A stretch of 64,000 nucleotides of DNA from a virus (IMGVR_UViG_3300007171_000061:14357-78356), one strand, 5' to 3'; positions 46,328 through 57,557 are shown, numbered from the stretch's first letter. A program made the numbers and translations. Notes: a model not told the origin generated them from the sequence alone.

Positions 46328-46741
46328 ATGAAATTTGATTTAGCAAAACATAATTATACAGAGATTGCAGAAGCTGGTTACGAATTCGAACTAAAGCTTC
46401 CCGGTACAGGCGAAGGTACTGGAGTATTTATTACTGTACGTGGTGATCAATCCAAGACCGTAAAAGCATTTGGTCGTAAAAAGTACAGTGAGTTTAAGCT
46501 ACGTGAACAACAGGCTAAACGCAGAGGTAAAGAAGTTGAAGACATGACACTAGAAGAAGCTGAAGAACTAAGTGTAGAGTCTGCTATCGTGCGTGTTATC
46601 GGTTGGAAGAACATCACTGAAAATGGTAAAGAAGTAACTTTCACAAAAGAAAATGCAGAACGTATCTTCAAAGAATATTCTTGGATTAAAGACCAAGTGA
46701 TGGAGGAAGCGGGTCAACTGCTAAACTTTCGATGCGAGTGA
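46328..46741 (+). CDS. tail assembly chaperone (G-like)
   Basis: Between the tube and tape measure genes; ends LLNFRCE. Confidence 0.8.
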   Translation: MKFDLAKHNYTEIAEAGYEFELKLPGTGEGTGVFITVRGDQSKTVKAFGRKKYSEFKLREQQAKRRGKEVEDMTLEEAEELSVESAIVRVIGWKNITENGKEVTFTKENAERIFKEYSWIKDQVMEEAGQLLNFRCE

Positions 46742-47120
46742 ATTAAATGATGCTGTAGCTTTTGCTAAACAAGAGTTTGAACTTGGTAGAAGATCAGGTA
46801 GTTCAGGTAGCCTTCGTGATCAGTTAAATTCCGTATGGAGACAAACTGGTATAAAACCCAAAGAATTAGAAGAGCTTAAAGAATTACCTGATAGTTGTAG
46901 TCAAGTATGGAAATGGTTCATTGATCTTAATAATTCAAGATCATCGAATGGTTTTGGAGTCAATCCTATATCATATTCAGATATCAAAGCGTATATTGAT
47001 TTAATTGACATTGAAATTGAAGATTGGGAACTTGATTTAATTAAACGTTTCGATCATGAAGCGTTAAACTCATACGCAAAAGAAGCAGAGCAAGAGCGCA
47101 AGAAAGCCTCTAAGAAATAA
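46725..47120 (+). CDS. tail assembly chaperone extension (T-like), ATG-less, reached by frameshift
   Basis: Open frame 46725-47120 with no ATG; W.WF.DL..SR..GFG..PISY.DI.AY. Confidence 0.75.
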   Translation, partial: TFDASELNDAVAFAKQEFELGRRSGSSGSLRDQLNSVWRQTGIKPKELEELKELPDSCSQVWKWFIDLNNSRSSNGFGVNPISYSDIKAYIDLIDIEIEDWELDLIKRFDHEALNSYAKEAEQERKKASKK

Positions 47121-47122
47121 AA

Positions 47123-47162
47123 GTAGCTTTGGTTTACTTCGGTAAATCAGAGCTTCTATATT
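47123..47162 (+). terminator. hairpin/terminator before the tape measure gene
   Basis: AGCTTTGGTTTAC-TTCG-GTAAATCAGAGCT. Confidence 0.6.
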
Positions 47163-47217
47163 TGTGAATCTGCATGGTTTATAAATATAGAATTGCCTTT
47201 ATAACAGGAGAAATGCT

Positions 47218-50200
47218 ATGGATTTAGCAGAATTAAAGTTCGTAGTTGATACGAAAGAATTGGAAACTGCAGCTACTAGAGTTGCGGAATTAGGTACAGC
47301 CGTATCTAAATTAAATAAGCCGATGCAAGATTTATCTAAGGAATCTGCAAAGAGCAACAAAGAATTGTCCAAAGCTGAAGAAGCTGCTGCAAAAGCTGCT
47401 CTAGCGCAATTAAAGCTTCAGCAAGCGCAGGAAAAATCTACAGATAGCATTGGCAAGTCTGCGTCTGTATTAGAGCGTCAAAACCTCATTCTCGGCTACA
47501 TGGCAACAGGTCTATCAAAAGGACAATCGTCTTACATGGCTACAGCCAAAGCTGCTGGTGCGCTGGATGATGAACTTGAGCAATTAGAAACAACATTAAA
47601 ACTTCAACGTACTCTAATCGGTGGTGATCCATTTGATAAGAGTATTGGTTTGATGCAAAAGCTTCAAAATGAGTATAAGATAACAACTGAAGTAAGTAAT
47701 CTTTTCAATAAGAATTTAGGTTTAACTGAAAAGCAAATGGTTGATCTTGCTCGTGAAAAAGAAAGATTAATTGCTTTGTATAGTATTGAAGGCAGAAGCT
47801 TAGATGGTCTTGCTGCAGAATACGATCAGTTGATTCAAAAGAGTGTAAAAGTTAATCAAGCTAATGATGCTCGTACGGCAAGTATGAAAGCTCAAATTAA
47901 AGCACAGGATGATGCAACTAGAGCCAATGCTTATCTTGCAAAAGAAATGGAACGTGTTAATCGCTTGAATTCTGAAGGTACAGAAGTTACTAGTGCAACA
48001 AACAATAAACTGATTCGTTTTGAACAAGAGTTAAGAAAATCAGGTTTAACTGCATCAGAACAAGCATCTAAGCTTGCATTATATCGTAATGAATTATTAG
48101 CTACACAAAAAGCTGCAGGTAACCGTCAAGTCGATTATCTCTCAAGAGCTTTAGGTCCACAGATTACCGACATTGCCGTTGGTTTAGCTACAGGTCAAGC
48201 ACCTTTAACTATCTTGTTACAACAAGGTGGTCAGTTACGAGATCAGTTTGCTTTGGCTGGTGTTGCTAGTTCCGAAATGGGTAAGATGCTTATCCAAGCT
48301 AGTAAATCAATGGTTACCAGCATTAAAGATGTTGGTATGGCGATTGGTCAAGTATTTGTCAGTGCTATCACTGGTTCAGGTAAAGCTATTGCCAATTTTG
48401 GTATGCAAATTACTGGTACTTCTGCTTTACTCGATGTTTTTAACGCCAAGTTAATTGCTGTAGCAGGTGCAAATAGTTTACTTGTTAGAAGCTTTGCTTT
48501 CCTTGGTGCTGCATTTACTGCTTTGATTGGTACAACAGTTTTTGCTGCTATTGCTGCTTTCACAATGTTTGTTGTTTCAATCGGTAAAGTAATTAAAGAA
48601 GAAAACGAACTAAACCGTGCATTAAATCTTACTGGTGCAGCTATGGGTCTTAATTTGAACATGGCTTATGATGCTGCTAGAAGTATGCAGCAATTTGGTG
48701 TTAGTACTGGTACTACATTAACTGTTCTTACTGAAATGTCTAAGATCGGTGGTTTAAGTTCTAGGAGTTTACAAACTATTGCTACTACAGCTAGTGCATT
48801 AAAAACAGCTTTTAATATTCCTATTGCAGATACAGTAAAGCAGTTTAAAGAACTACAGGAAAAACCCACAGAGTCTTTAACTAAGTTAGCTAAGCAATTA
48901 GGTACAATTCCTCTTGAAGTTCTAAAGCAAGTCGATGCTTACGAACGTGCTGGTAATAGTATAAAAGCTGCTCAACTTGCAACTGAAACATACGCTAAAG
49001 CAGGTAAGGATGCAGCGGATAAAACTGTAGAAAATTTTGGCACAATTACTAGATTGGGTATATCTCTTGGTAAGATTTGGAATAAGACTTGGGAATCAAT
49101 CATGGGTATTGGTCGTAGAGATACCAATGAAGAACAGATTTCTAAACTTAGTGAAAGATTGTCGAAACTATTGGCAGCGCAAGACCCTCGTCAGATTGCT
49201 GCTAGAAAACCAATGGTTGATGCAACTATTGCTGAAATAAAAGCTATAGCACTTCAAGTTGCTGCTGAAAAAGAATTAGAAGAACAACGTGATAAAAATG
49301 CAGCAGATGCAGAAAAGTTTGCCGACGATAAAAAGAAACGTGACGAAGCTGCAAAGAAAGCCATCAAGGATAAACAAGATGCTGAGAAAGCATTTGCTGA
49401 TGAACTAAAGAGAGCTAAAGAGTTTTACAATGCTCAAGTCGGTGCAGTTAATAATTTAACCAAAGCTGAACTAGCATTGCAAAAAGTTAAAGAAAGCGCA
49501 GGTTTTAAAGCTGGTTCTCCTGAAGGTAGAAAGCAAATTGAGCAATTCTATGAACAAGCAAAAGCTAACGAATTGTTAGTTAAAGCTGAAAGAGACAGAG
49601 CTGCTCAAATGTCTGTAATTAATAGATTGGAAGGTAGAGTAAGTTTCTTAGGTGAAGATTACTATAATACGATGAAGATTCTAGATGAAGCTTTTATTGA
49701 TGGTAATGTTTCACTTGAGCAATATGCCGAACTCTTAAACAAACTATATCAGGGTACACCTCAAGCAAGAGCTTTTGCAAGCATTCAAGCGGAACAAGTT
49801 AGAGCTACTGCAGAACTTCAAGCACAATTAGCTGATGCTGATATGCAATCTGATATGCGTTTTAAAACAGAAAATGAAAAAGCGCAAATCAGAAGTCTGT
49901 CTCAGTTTAGAAAGAAAACAGCAGAAGCTGATGCCATCTTAGCTAAACAACTTGAAGATGCTAGACTTAGATTAACAGATGAAAATCTTGAAAAAGCAAA
50001 AGCTGGTTATGAAGAAGAAGCTAGACTCAGAAAACAACTTGCTCAAAGAACATACGATGAACAGCAGTTTTTGTTAAGTGATTCTGGTAGACAACAACTA
50101 GCGTATGCTAAAGCATTTGAAGACTTATTCAAAGGTATGGGTGATGCTATTGTAGATTTTGCACTAACAGGTAAAACATCATTTGGCGATATGGTACAAT

Positions 50201-50718
50201 CTATTCTTGTTGGTCTAATCAAGATGCAAGTCCAAATGCAAATGATGGGGTTGTTTAACGCAATGGGTGGTGGTAAAGGTATCATGTCATCTTTGACAGC
50301 AGCCTTCACAGGTACTCCTACACCTTCAGCTAAAGGTAACGTGTTTAACGGTGGTTCTATACAAGCATTCGCTAAAGGTGGTACTTTCACAAACGGTATT
50401 GTAAGCGCACCAACGATGTTTAACATGGGTCTAATGGGTGAGGCTGGACCTGAAGCTATCATGCCTTTACGTAGGGGCTCTGATGGTTCCTTGGGTGTTG
50501 CTGCTACAGGTGGTTCTGGTGGTAATGTATCTGTACAAGTTATCAACAACAGTAACGCACAAGCTACAACAAATGAAAGCGTTGACTCAAAAGGTAACCG
50601 CAAGATTGAAGTTGTAATCGGTGAAATGACTGCTGGTGAAATTTCTCGCAGTGGTAGTTCTTCTCAGAAATCTATTCGTTCAACATTTGGTATTCAACCT
50701 CAATTAATTAGGAGATAA
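47218..50718 (+). CDS. tail tape measure protein (lambda H-like)
   Basis: 1166 aa helical; PQITDI..GL.TGQ.P...LQQGGQL; FAKGG...GE.GPEAI. Confidence 0.92.
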   Translation: MDLAELKFVVDTKELETAATRVAELGTAVSKLNKPMQDLSKESAKSNKELSKAEEAAAKAALAQLKLQQAQEKSTDSIGKSASVLERQNLILGYMATGLSKGQSSYMATAKAAGALDDELEQLETTLKLQRTLIGGDPFDKSIGLMQKLQNEYKITTEVSNLFNKNLGLTEKQMVDLAREKERLIALYSIEGRSLDGLAAEYDQLIQKSVKVNQANDARTASMKAQIKAQDDATRANAYLAKEMERVNRLNSEGTEVTSATNNKLIRFEQELRKSGLTASEQASKLALYRNELLATQKAAGNRQVDYLSRALGPQITDIAVGLATGQAPLTILLQQGGQLRDQFALAGVASSEMGKMLIQASKSMVTSIKDVGMAIGQVFVSAITGSGKAIANFGMQITGTSALLDVFNAKLIAVAGANSLLVRSFAFLGAAFTALIGTTVFAAIAAFTMFVVSIGKVIKEENELNRALNLTGAAMGLNLNMAYDAARSMQQFGVSTGTTLTVLTEMSKIGGLSSRSLQTIATTASALKTAFNIPIADTVKQFKELQEKPTESLTKLAKQLGTIPLEVLKQVDAYERAGNSIKAAQLATETYAKAGKDAADKTVENFGTITRLGISLGKIWNKTWESIMGIGRRDTNEEQISKLSERLSKLLAAQDPRQIAARKPMVDATIAEIKAIALQVAAEKELEEQRDKNAADAEKFADDKKKRDEAAKKAIKDKQDAEKAFADELKRAKEFYNAQVGAVNNLTKAELALQKVKESAGFKAGSPEGRKQIEQFYEQAKANELLVKAERDRAAQMSVINRLEGRVSFLGEDYYNTMKILDEAFIDGNVSLEQYAELLNKLYQGTPQARAFASIQAEQVRATAELQAQLADADMQSDMRFKTENEKAQIRSLSQFRKKTAEADAILAKQLEDARLRLTDENLEKAKAGYEEEARLRKQLAQRTYDEQQFLLSDSGRQQLAYAKAFEDLFKGMGDAIVDFALTGKTSFGDMVQSILVGLIKMQVQMQMMGLFNAMGGGKGIMSSLTAAFTGTPTPSAKGNVFNGGSIQAFAKGGTFTNGIVSAPTMFNMGLMGEAGPEAIMPLRRGSDGSLGVAATGGSGGNVSVQVINNSNAQATTNESVDSKGNRKIEVVIGEMTAGEISRSGSSSQKSIRSTFGIQPQLIRR

Positions 50719-50721
50719 TCT

Positions 50722-51087
50722 ATGGCGTATACTTACATTTGGCCTACAAGCCTACCGCAAAGACCGCTAAGTAATTACTCTGAAACTATAGGCGTTATGG
50801 TCATGCGAACTCAACCTGACCTTGGACCTGCAAAACAACGCAGAAGAGCAAAGCGCCCTGATACATTGAATGTACAATTCGATATGTCTACAGCACAAGT
50901 TGAGACTCTGCGTTCTTTTATTCAAGACACATTACGTGGTACTACACGTTTCGGTTTCACACATCCTAGAACACTGGAGGTTGTTGAAGTCAGGGTTGTA
51001 CCACAAGGTGACGGTGCTATGTATACTACGAGTTATTTGCTACCTAATTACTGGCAAGTGTCTTTACAATTGGAGGTATTACCTTGA
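50722..51087 (+). CDS. distal/minor tail protein
   Basis: WP..LP...R...GPAKQRRR; follows the tape measure gene. Confidence 0.7.
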   Translation: MAYTYIWPTSLPQRPLSNYSETIGVMVMRTQPDLGPAKQRRRAKRPDTLNVQFDMSTAQVETLRSFIQDTLRGTTRFGFTHPRTLEVVEVRVVPQGDGAMYTTSYLLPNYWQVSLQLEVLP

Positions 51088-51605
51088 GTCGTTTAACATC
51101 AATGTCACCAAATGCTTTAAAAGCAGTATTTTCTCCAGATGCTGATGACGACTTAATCATCTTGCTAACCATCTATAATCCTTTGAATGAATCTGAGGTT
51201 ATAGCTAGGTTAGCAGATGGTTTTACTAAGCGCATCTCTGAAACTGAAGACGATGTATTATATGGTGTAACGAGCAATGGTTTTGACTACACCTTTCTTC
51301 CAATGGAAATTTCATTACCTTCTGAGGATGAAGCTCAAGCTCCACGTTGCTCAATTGTAATGCACGATGTTACGAGATATTTAACTCCTGTAATTCGTAC
51401 AATTACTGCACCTCCAAGAATTAAATTAGAATTGGTGCTTACTAAAACTCCAGATGTAGTAGAAGTTTCTTTTAATGATTTCTACATTAACAACTTCAGT
51501 TATAATGCAGATTCTGTTACTGCTGACTTAACAATGATTGACTATGAGAGAGAACCTTTCCCAATGCACTCATTTACTCCGAGGTATTTTCCCGGAATGT
51601 TCTAA
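51084..51605 (+). CDS. minor tail protein (DUF1833-like)
   Basis: F.P..I.LP...EP.P...FTP..FPG.F. Confidence 0.75.
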   Translation: MSRLTSMSPNALKAVFSPDADDDLIILLTIYNPLNESEVIARLADGFTKRISETEDDVLYGVTSNGFDYTFLPMEISLPSEDEAQAPRCSIVMHDVTRYLTPVIRTITAPPRIKLELVLTKTPDVVEVSFNDFYINNFSYNADSVTADLTMIDYEREPFPMHSFTPRYFPGMF

Positions 51606-51614
51606 AGGAATATT

Positions 51615-54600
51615 ATGAATTTTGAAAAATATATTGGTATTCCTTACGCTGAAAAAGGTAGGGATGAAACTGGTGCTGATTGTTGGGGATTGGTGCGTCT
51701 AGTTTATAAGAATGAATTAAATATTGATCTTCCAAGTTTTAACGCAGAGTATGAAACTTCAGATAACGAACGTCTAGAAGAATTGTTTGCCCAATACAAA
51801 GAAGGTTGGGGACTTGTAGATACACCAGAAATAGGTGATGTTGTAATCTTTAGAGTGTTTGGTTATGAATCACATATTGGTATTTGTATTAGTGATAACA
51901 AATTCTTACATGTGCGTGAATCAAGAGATGCTGTAGTTGAATCTTTAGATAATCCTAAATGGTCTAAACGTATTACTGGTTTTTACAAATATTCTGAACA
52001 GAAAAATGCAATATTAAACACAATACCTCATCCGTTAAAAACTGAACGATACACTTTAACTGTTGTTCCCGGTACTACTGTAACTGAACTTGTTTTAGAT
52101 ATCAGTGCTAAATATGATATTGCACCTGAACTAAAAAGCAGAATTAGTATCATGTTGAATGGTAAGTTAGTACCTCAAGAAGAATGGTCTACTACAATTA
52201 TCAAACAATCTGATGTTATTGAATATCGTGCTGTTCCCGGTAAGGATGTATTAAGAACTGTAGCTATTTTAGCTTTGGCCTACTATGCTCCTGTATTGGC
52301 AAGTAAGGCTTGGGTTGCAGCAGGTGGTGTTACATTGGGTGTAAATCTTGGTGCTGTGGTATATTATGGTGCATATGCAGCGACAATGCTTGTTGGTAGT
52401 GCTTTAATTAACGCTGTTGCTCCTATTAGACCTCCTGTAATGGGTAACCAGAATAATCCGGGTACTGCTGAACGTCAATTAATGGTCAACGGTGGTGCTA
52501 ATAGATTAAACCCATATGGTGCAATTCCGGTTGTACTAGGTAAAGTACGTATGACACCAACTTTAGGTAGTCAGAACTTTCTAACCTATGAAAATGAACG
52601 TGACAGTTATTTGTCCATGTTACTTGTTTGGGGTTATGGTCCATTATCTATTGATGATAATTCATATAAAATTGGTGAAGTTCCATTATCTAATTTTACT
52701 GATGTAGTTAAAATTAACGATGATCGCATTACTGAATTAAGTGCAGGTAGAAAAAGAGATTTTGATTCTATCTATGGTAAAGATGTAACACAAGTTAATA
52801 CTCAGGTTGAATTAGTTTGCGATGGTAACCCTGAAGGAGTTATCTCAGAATATGTACAAGAACCAATATATCAATATGATTACGAAACAGGTCATAATGT
52901 AATTGTTGGTTACAACAGTGTACCTGTATATCAATCTGTACCTCCCGGTCCTTGGTTTGAGGCTTCAACTACTGATCCAACAACTTCAGTTACACTTGCT
53001 TTGCACTTTCCACAAGGTCTTAGATATATCAAAGCTAAAGGTGATGGTGCTGGTGATTCTTTCCCTGTTGCTGTTACTTTTAGAGCAGAATTCTCTACCG
53101 ACAATGGTGTTACATGGCCTACGAATAACGTTTTTATTATTGGTGGCGATTCAGTTAAAAGAGATGCTTTTACTTTCACAAAAACTTTTCATACAAATTC
53201 TCAAAGATTGATTGTGAGAGTTCGTAGAGAGACAGGTGACAATGTTGAAGATAATCCAGATAGAAGATATTATTTTACTTCTATACTTCAGAATGTAACT
53301 TTTTTCAATGATAATCAAAAACCTGCTATTGATCCTGTTGGTTCTAAGATTGCGAAGACTGCTTTTAGGATTAAAGCTACTGATCAACTCAATGGTAGTA
53401 TTGAGGGTATCAGTGCAATTGTACAAACTTATGCTAAAATCTGGAATGGTACAGCTTGGGTAGATGGTGTTACAAGTAACCCTGCTGCTTTGATGCGTTA
53501 TATACTAGAACATCCAGCTAATCCACGTAGAGTTACAAACGCTGCATCACAGATCAACCTAACACAATTGCAGTATTTCTATAACTACTGCCAAGCTAGA
53601 GGGTTTGAGTACAATGGTGTAATGGGTGAAGCCCGTAGCGTATTAGAAGTTATCCGTGATATTTGTGCTGCTGGTAGAGCCAGTCCTGCACTGATTGATG
53701 GTAAATGGACAGTAGTAATTGACGAAGTTAAACCTAATATAATTCAGCATTTTACACCACACAATAGTTGGAACTTTGAAGGTGTCAAAGCTTTACCTAA
53801 GCGTCCAGATGGTTTACGTGTAACTTATTATGATCAAGATTCTGATTATCAAGAATCTGAAATCATTGTATATGACATTGGTAAGACTTCAACTAATTCT
53901 AGTTTATTTGAAAGTATTACACTTCCGGGTGTAACTAAGAAATCACTTGTGATTGATCATGCTCGTTGGCATATGGCACAAATGAAGCTTAGACCTGAAG
54001 TTTATACTTTAGATTCTGATCTGGAATATTTAGTCTGCAATCGTGGTGATCGTGTAAAAGTAATGCATGATGTACCAATGTGGGGTTTAGGTTCTGGTCG
54101 TATTAAAAACAGATTGTCAGCTACTCAGTTTGAGTTAGACGAAGATGTACCCATGCAAGCTGGTGTACAATACACTATTCGAGTTCGTAGTAAAACAGGG
54201 AGTTCAATAACAAGAACAGTTGTTGCAAAACCATCCGATGGTTACTATTCTGTTGTTGAAGTTACAGCGAGTACATTGCAGTCTGAAGTTGATGTATTAG
54301 ATTTATTTTTATTTGGTGAGATTAATCAAGAATCACAAGATTTGATGGTTTTGAGTATTGAACCAACTACGAATAACAATGCTAGAATCACTTTGGTTGA
54401 TTATGGTGTGACACCCGAATATAACATCTTTGCAGATTACATAAATTTGAGTGCAGCTACTGTATTTGAATCTCAGATTACTTTACCTCCTACACTACAA
54501 GTACAAAGTTTTAGTGATAAAGTTCCATTAATTACAGGTTTTGTAAGTGATGAATCTGTAATGGAAAGAGTATCTAAAGGTATTTTTAAATACAACATTA

Positions 54601-56591
54601 ACGTAGCTTATTTCAACGCTTCGCAGTTACCTGATATAGTTGAGTCTGTTGAAGTACAATACGATTTGATTAATTCCACAACAGGGGTTAACTTTCGTTC
54701 GGTATTTGTACCATATCAAAACAGTTCAGCAAACATTACTGATGTAAAAGAAGGTGAAACTTACAAAGTAAGAATGCGATATATTGGTCGTAATGGTAAG
54801 GTTGGTAATTGGTCTGAATACAGCGATCACACTGTAGTTGGTAAAACTAATCCACCATCACAAGTTCAGGGCTTTACAGTAACTGCAGACAAATCAAGTG
54901 GTCAGCTATTGCTTTCATGGATAGCTAACGTTGAGCTTGATACAACCACTTATGAAATTCGTACACAAGACAGTTCTTGGGGCACTGAAAGTGTAAATAG
55001 AATTTTCTATGGTGATAGTACTAAAGCTTTTGCAAGATATCCTGCAAATGGTTCTACTACGTTTTATATTCGTGCTGTTGATAGTTCAGGTAACTATAGT
55101 TTAGTTTCTACTTTAGTGAGCTTCAGTCCTGTGAGTGTACCTAACATCACAGATATTGTACATTCATATGCGGATACCGCTTTGACCAGTGCAACTGTAA
55201 CATTGAGTTGGAATGATGTGACCAATAGTCAGTTTGATGTAGCATTTTATGAATTAACTTATAATGGTGTAACTCGTACAGTAAAAGCTAATAGTATTAC
55301 TTTACCTGCTGATTGGGTTGGCAATCGCACCTTTACGGTTAAGACTGTAGACATTCATGGTAACAAATCATCTGGTTATTCTGAAGCTATTGCTAAGGTT
55401 GCACCAAATCCACCAACAGACATAAGAACACAAGTTGTAGATAACACTGTGATGCTATACTGGACATTGCCTGTCAGAACATCACTACCTATTGATCACA
55501 TCTTAATTAAGAAAGGTCAAGAATGGGATACAGCTACTGTTCTAGGTGATAAAAAGGGCGAATTCACAACAATCAACGAAAGTACTGGTGGTAATTTCAC
55601 TTACTGGTTAGCCTCTGTTGATACTGAAGGTGTTCAAAGCACCCCTGTTTCTATAACTACATTAGTTTCTGAACCTCCTGATTTCGTATTTCACGGTAAG
55701 TTTAATAGTAATTTTAGCGGTACAAAATCTTCAGCTACATTCGATGGTTCAGTATTGGCTTTACCTATAAATATTGTTGAAACATTTGAACAGCATTTTA
55801 CAACTAGGGGGTGGGCAAGTCCACAAGCTCAGGTTAATGCAGGTTTTCCAATCTTTATTCAACCTACGACCAACAGTGGTTTTTATGAAGAGGTTTTTGA
55901 TTTTGGTCAACCGCTGGCTTCCAGTCGTGTGTTATTAACTTACGTTGGTGAAGCAATTGCTGGTTCACCTATAGTTGTACCAAAGATTAGTTTATCTCTT
56001 GACAACTCTACTTATGTGGATTATAATGGGGTAAATGATGTATTTGGATTAAACTTCAGATATGTAAAAATTAGAATTACAGTAACAGGTGTTCCCACGA
56101 ACATTGGTTTGTATGAAATTCGACAATTATCTGTCAGACTTGATGCTAAACTAAAGAACGATGCAGGATCAGTATCGGCTGTTTCAACAGATGCTCTTGG
56201 TACTATTGTAAACTTTAACAAAGAATTTATTGATGTACAAAGCGTGACTGTTTCACCTTCAGCTACTACACCTGTAATTCCTGTATATGATATTAAAGAT
56301 ACTTTTGTTTCTGGTACATATTCAGTTGTTTCCGGTGTTTGTACAGTAAATATTAGCAATCATGGTATGATTAGTGGACAAAATATAAAATTGTTCATAA
56401 ATTCAGGTTCTGGAAATTCAGATGTTTACAGTATAACAACTCATACGACTGATAGTTTTACGGTTAACATGTTAGTAGCTAACACAAGTGGTAGTTGCTC
56501 GATGTACCCTCAATCTTTTAGAGTTTATTTATTCAACAATTCTGGCGTAAGAGTAAGCGCAAATGCTTCTTGGGCTATCAAAGGATATTAA
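51615..56591 (+). CDS. fused NlpC/P60 + tail-tip assembly + host-specificity J-like protein with Fn3 domains
   Basis: DCWGLV...HIG (NlpC/P60), G.IPVVLG, SNPA, Fn3 repeats. Confidence 0.88.
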   Translation: MNFEKYIGIPYAEKGRDETGADCWGLVRLVYKNELNIDLPSFNAEYETSDNERLEELFAQYKEGWGLVDTPEIGDVVIFRVFGYESHIGICISDNKFLHVRESRDAVVESLDNPKWSKRITGFYKYSEQKNAILNTIPHPLKTERYTLTVVPGTTVTELVLDISAKYDIAPELKSRISIMLNGKLVPQEEWSTTIIKQSDVIEYRAVPGKDVLRTVAILALAYYAPVLASKAWVAAGGVTLGVNLGAVVYYGAYAATMLVGSALINAVAPIRPPVMGNQNNPGTAERQLMVNGGANRLNPYGAIPVVLGKVRMTPTLGSQNFLTYENERDSYLSMLLVWGYGPLSIDDNSYKIGEVPLSNFTDVVKINDDRITELSAGRKRDFDSIYGKDVTQVNTQVELVCDGNPEGVISEYVQEPIYQYDYETGHNVIVGYNSVPVYQSVPPGPWFEASTTDPTTSVTLALHFPQGLRYIKAKGDGAGDSFPVAVTFRAEFSTDNGVTWPTNNVFIIGGDSVKRDAFTFTKTFHTNSQRLIVRVRRETGDNVEDNPDRRYYFTSILQNVTFFNDNQKPAIDPVGSKIAKTAFRIKATDQLNGSIEGISAIVQTYAKIWNGTAWVDGVTSNPAALMRYILEHPANPRRVTNAASQINLTQLQYFYNYCQARGFEYNGVMGEARSVLEVIRDICAAGRASPALIDGKWTVVIDEVKPNIIQHFTPHNSWNFEGVKALPKRPDGLRVTYYDQDSDYQESEIIVYDIGKTSTNSSLFESITLPGVTKKSLVIDHARWHMAQMKLRPEVYTLDSDLEYLVCNRGDRVKVMHDVPMWGLGSGRIKNRLSATQFELDEDVPMQAGVQYTIRVRSKTGSSITRTVVAKPSDGYYSVVEVTASTLQSEVDVLDLFLFGEINQESQDLMVLSIEPTTNNNARITLVDYGVTPEYNIFADYINLSAATVFESQITLPPTLQVQSFSDKVPLITGFVSDESVMERVSKGIFKYNINVAYFNASQLPDIVESVEVQYDLINSTTGVNFRSVFVPYQNSSANITDVKEGETYKVRMRYIGRNGKVGNWSEYSDHTVVGKTNPPSQVQGFTVTADKSSGQLLLSWIANVELDTTTYEIRTQDSSWGTESVNRIFYGDSTKAFARYPANGSTTFYIRAVDSSGNYSLVSTLVSFSPVSVPNITDIVHSYADTALTSATVTLSWNDVTNSQFDVAFYELTYNGVTRTVKANSITLPADWVGNRTFTVKTVDIHGNKSSGYSEAIAKVAPNPPTDIRTQVVDNTVMLYWTLPVRTSLPIDHILIKKGQEWDTATVLGDKKGEFTTINESTGGNFTYWLASVDTEGVQSTPVSITTLVSEPPDFVFHGKFNSNFSGTKSSATFDGSVLALPINIVETFEQHFTTRGWASPQAQVNAGFPIFIQPTTNSGFYEEVFDFGQPLASSRVLLTYVGEAIAGSPIVVPKISLSLDNSTYVDYNGVNDVFGLNFRYVKIRITVTGVPTNIGLYEIRQLSVRLDAKLKNDAGSVSAVSTDALGTIVNFNKEFIDVQSVTVSPSATTPVIPVYDIKDTFVSGTYSVVSGVCTVNISNHGMISGQNIKLFINSGSGNSDVYSITTHTTDSFTVNMLVANTSGSCSMYPQSFRVYLFNNSGVRVSANASWAIKGY

Positions 56592-56594
56592 AAT

Positions 56595-57548
56595 ATGGCA
56601 GATCATTTAAAGCCAACGATTACGAGTATTTACTCTAACTTCGTTACTGAAATGGATGCGAGATTTGATGATTTAGCGGTGGGGTTAGACCCTGCCGCTA
56701 CTACAGCAAGTAACGTACCTACTAATTCAATTAGATGGAGTAGTGCAAGTAACAAATGGCAAAAATACAATGGTGCAGCGTGGAATGATTTATCTACACT
56801 GTATTCAATTAATATATCAGGTAATGCTGCAACTGCAACAAATGGTGTAGTTACCACGGGTTCTTATGCAAATCCTGCATGGATTACTTCGTTAGCTGGT
56901 TCTAAAATAACTGGTGATATCTCAGGTAATGCAGGTACTGCAACAAGACTACTAAATTCTAGAAACATCAACGGTGTAGCATTTGATGGTACTGCAGCTA
57001 TTAGTGTCAACTTAAACAACAACGTTACATTTAATAACAGTGGTTCAGGTGGTGTGTCTGGGAGTAGTTTTAACGGTAGTACTGCTTTAACAATAAGTCA
57101 TAACACAGTTGGTGCTCCTAGTATAACTGGTGCTAATGCATCTGGTACTTGGGGTATTAATATTACGGGTAATGCTGCTACAGCTACTACAACTTCAGGT
57201 GTAAGTAATGGTACATATTCAGGTACTATTGATTTTACAGGTTCACATAGAGCAGGTATTACGGCTGTACCTGTTTTAGACATTAACACCTCATCTGGTA
57301 ATTATTTTACTAAAACCATTAGTGCAAATAGTATTTTTACATTTAGTAATGCACCCACAAGTAGGGTTTATTCTTTCACATTAGAATTAACACATACTTC
57401 TGGATCGGTCACATTTCCAAGTTCAGTTCGTTGGCCTAACGATTCTGCACCAACTTTAACAACAGGTAGAACACACTTGTTGATGTTTGTTACTGATGAT
57501 GCAGGTACTAGATGGCGTGGTGCTGTTCTTGCAAACTATCAAAATTAA
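56595..57548 (+). CDS. tail fibre / adaptor
   Basis: I.GNA.TAT repeats, R.INGV.FDG; C-terminal adaptor-type domain. Confidence 0.75.
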   Translation: MADHLKPTITSIYSNFVTEMDARFDDLAVGLDPAATTASNVPTNSIRWSSASNKWQKYNGAAWNDLSTLYSINISGNAATATNGVVTTGSYANPAWITSLAGSKITGDISGNAGTATRLLNSRNINGVAFDGTAAISVNLNNNVTFNNSGSGGVSGSSFNGSTALTISHNTVGAPSITGANASGTWGINITGNAATATTTSGVSNGTYSGTIDFTGSHRAGITAVPVLDINTSSGNYFTKTISANSIFTFSNAPTSRVYSFTLELTHTSGSVTFPSSVRWPNDSAPTLTTGRTHLLMFVTDDAGTRWRGAVLANYQN

Positions 57549-57557
57549 GGATGTAGA

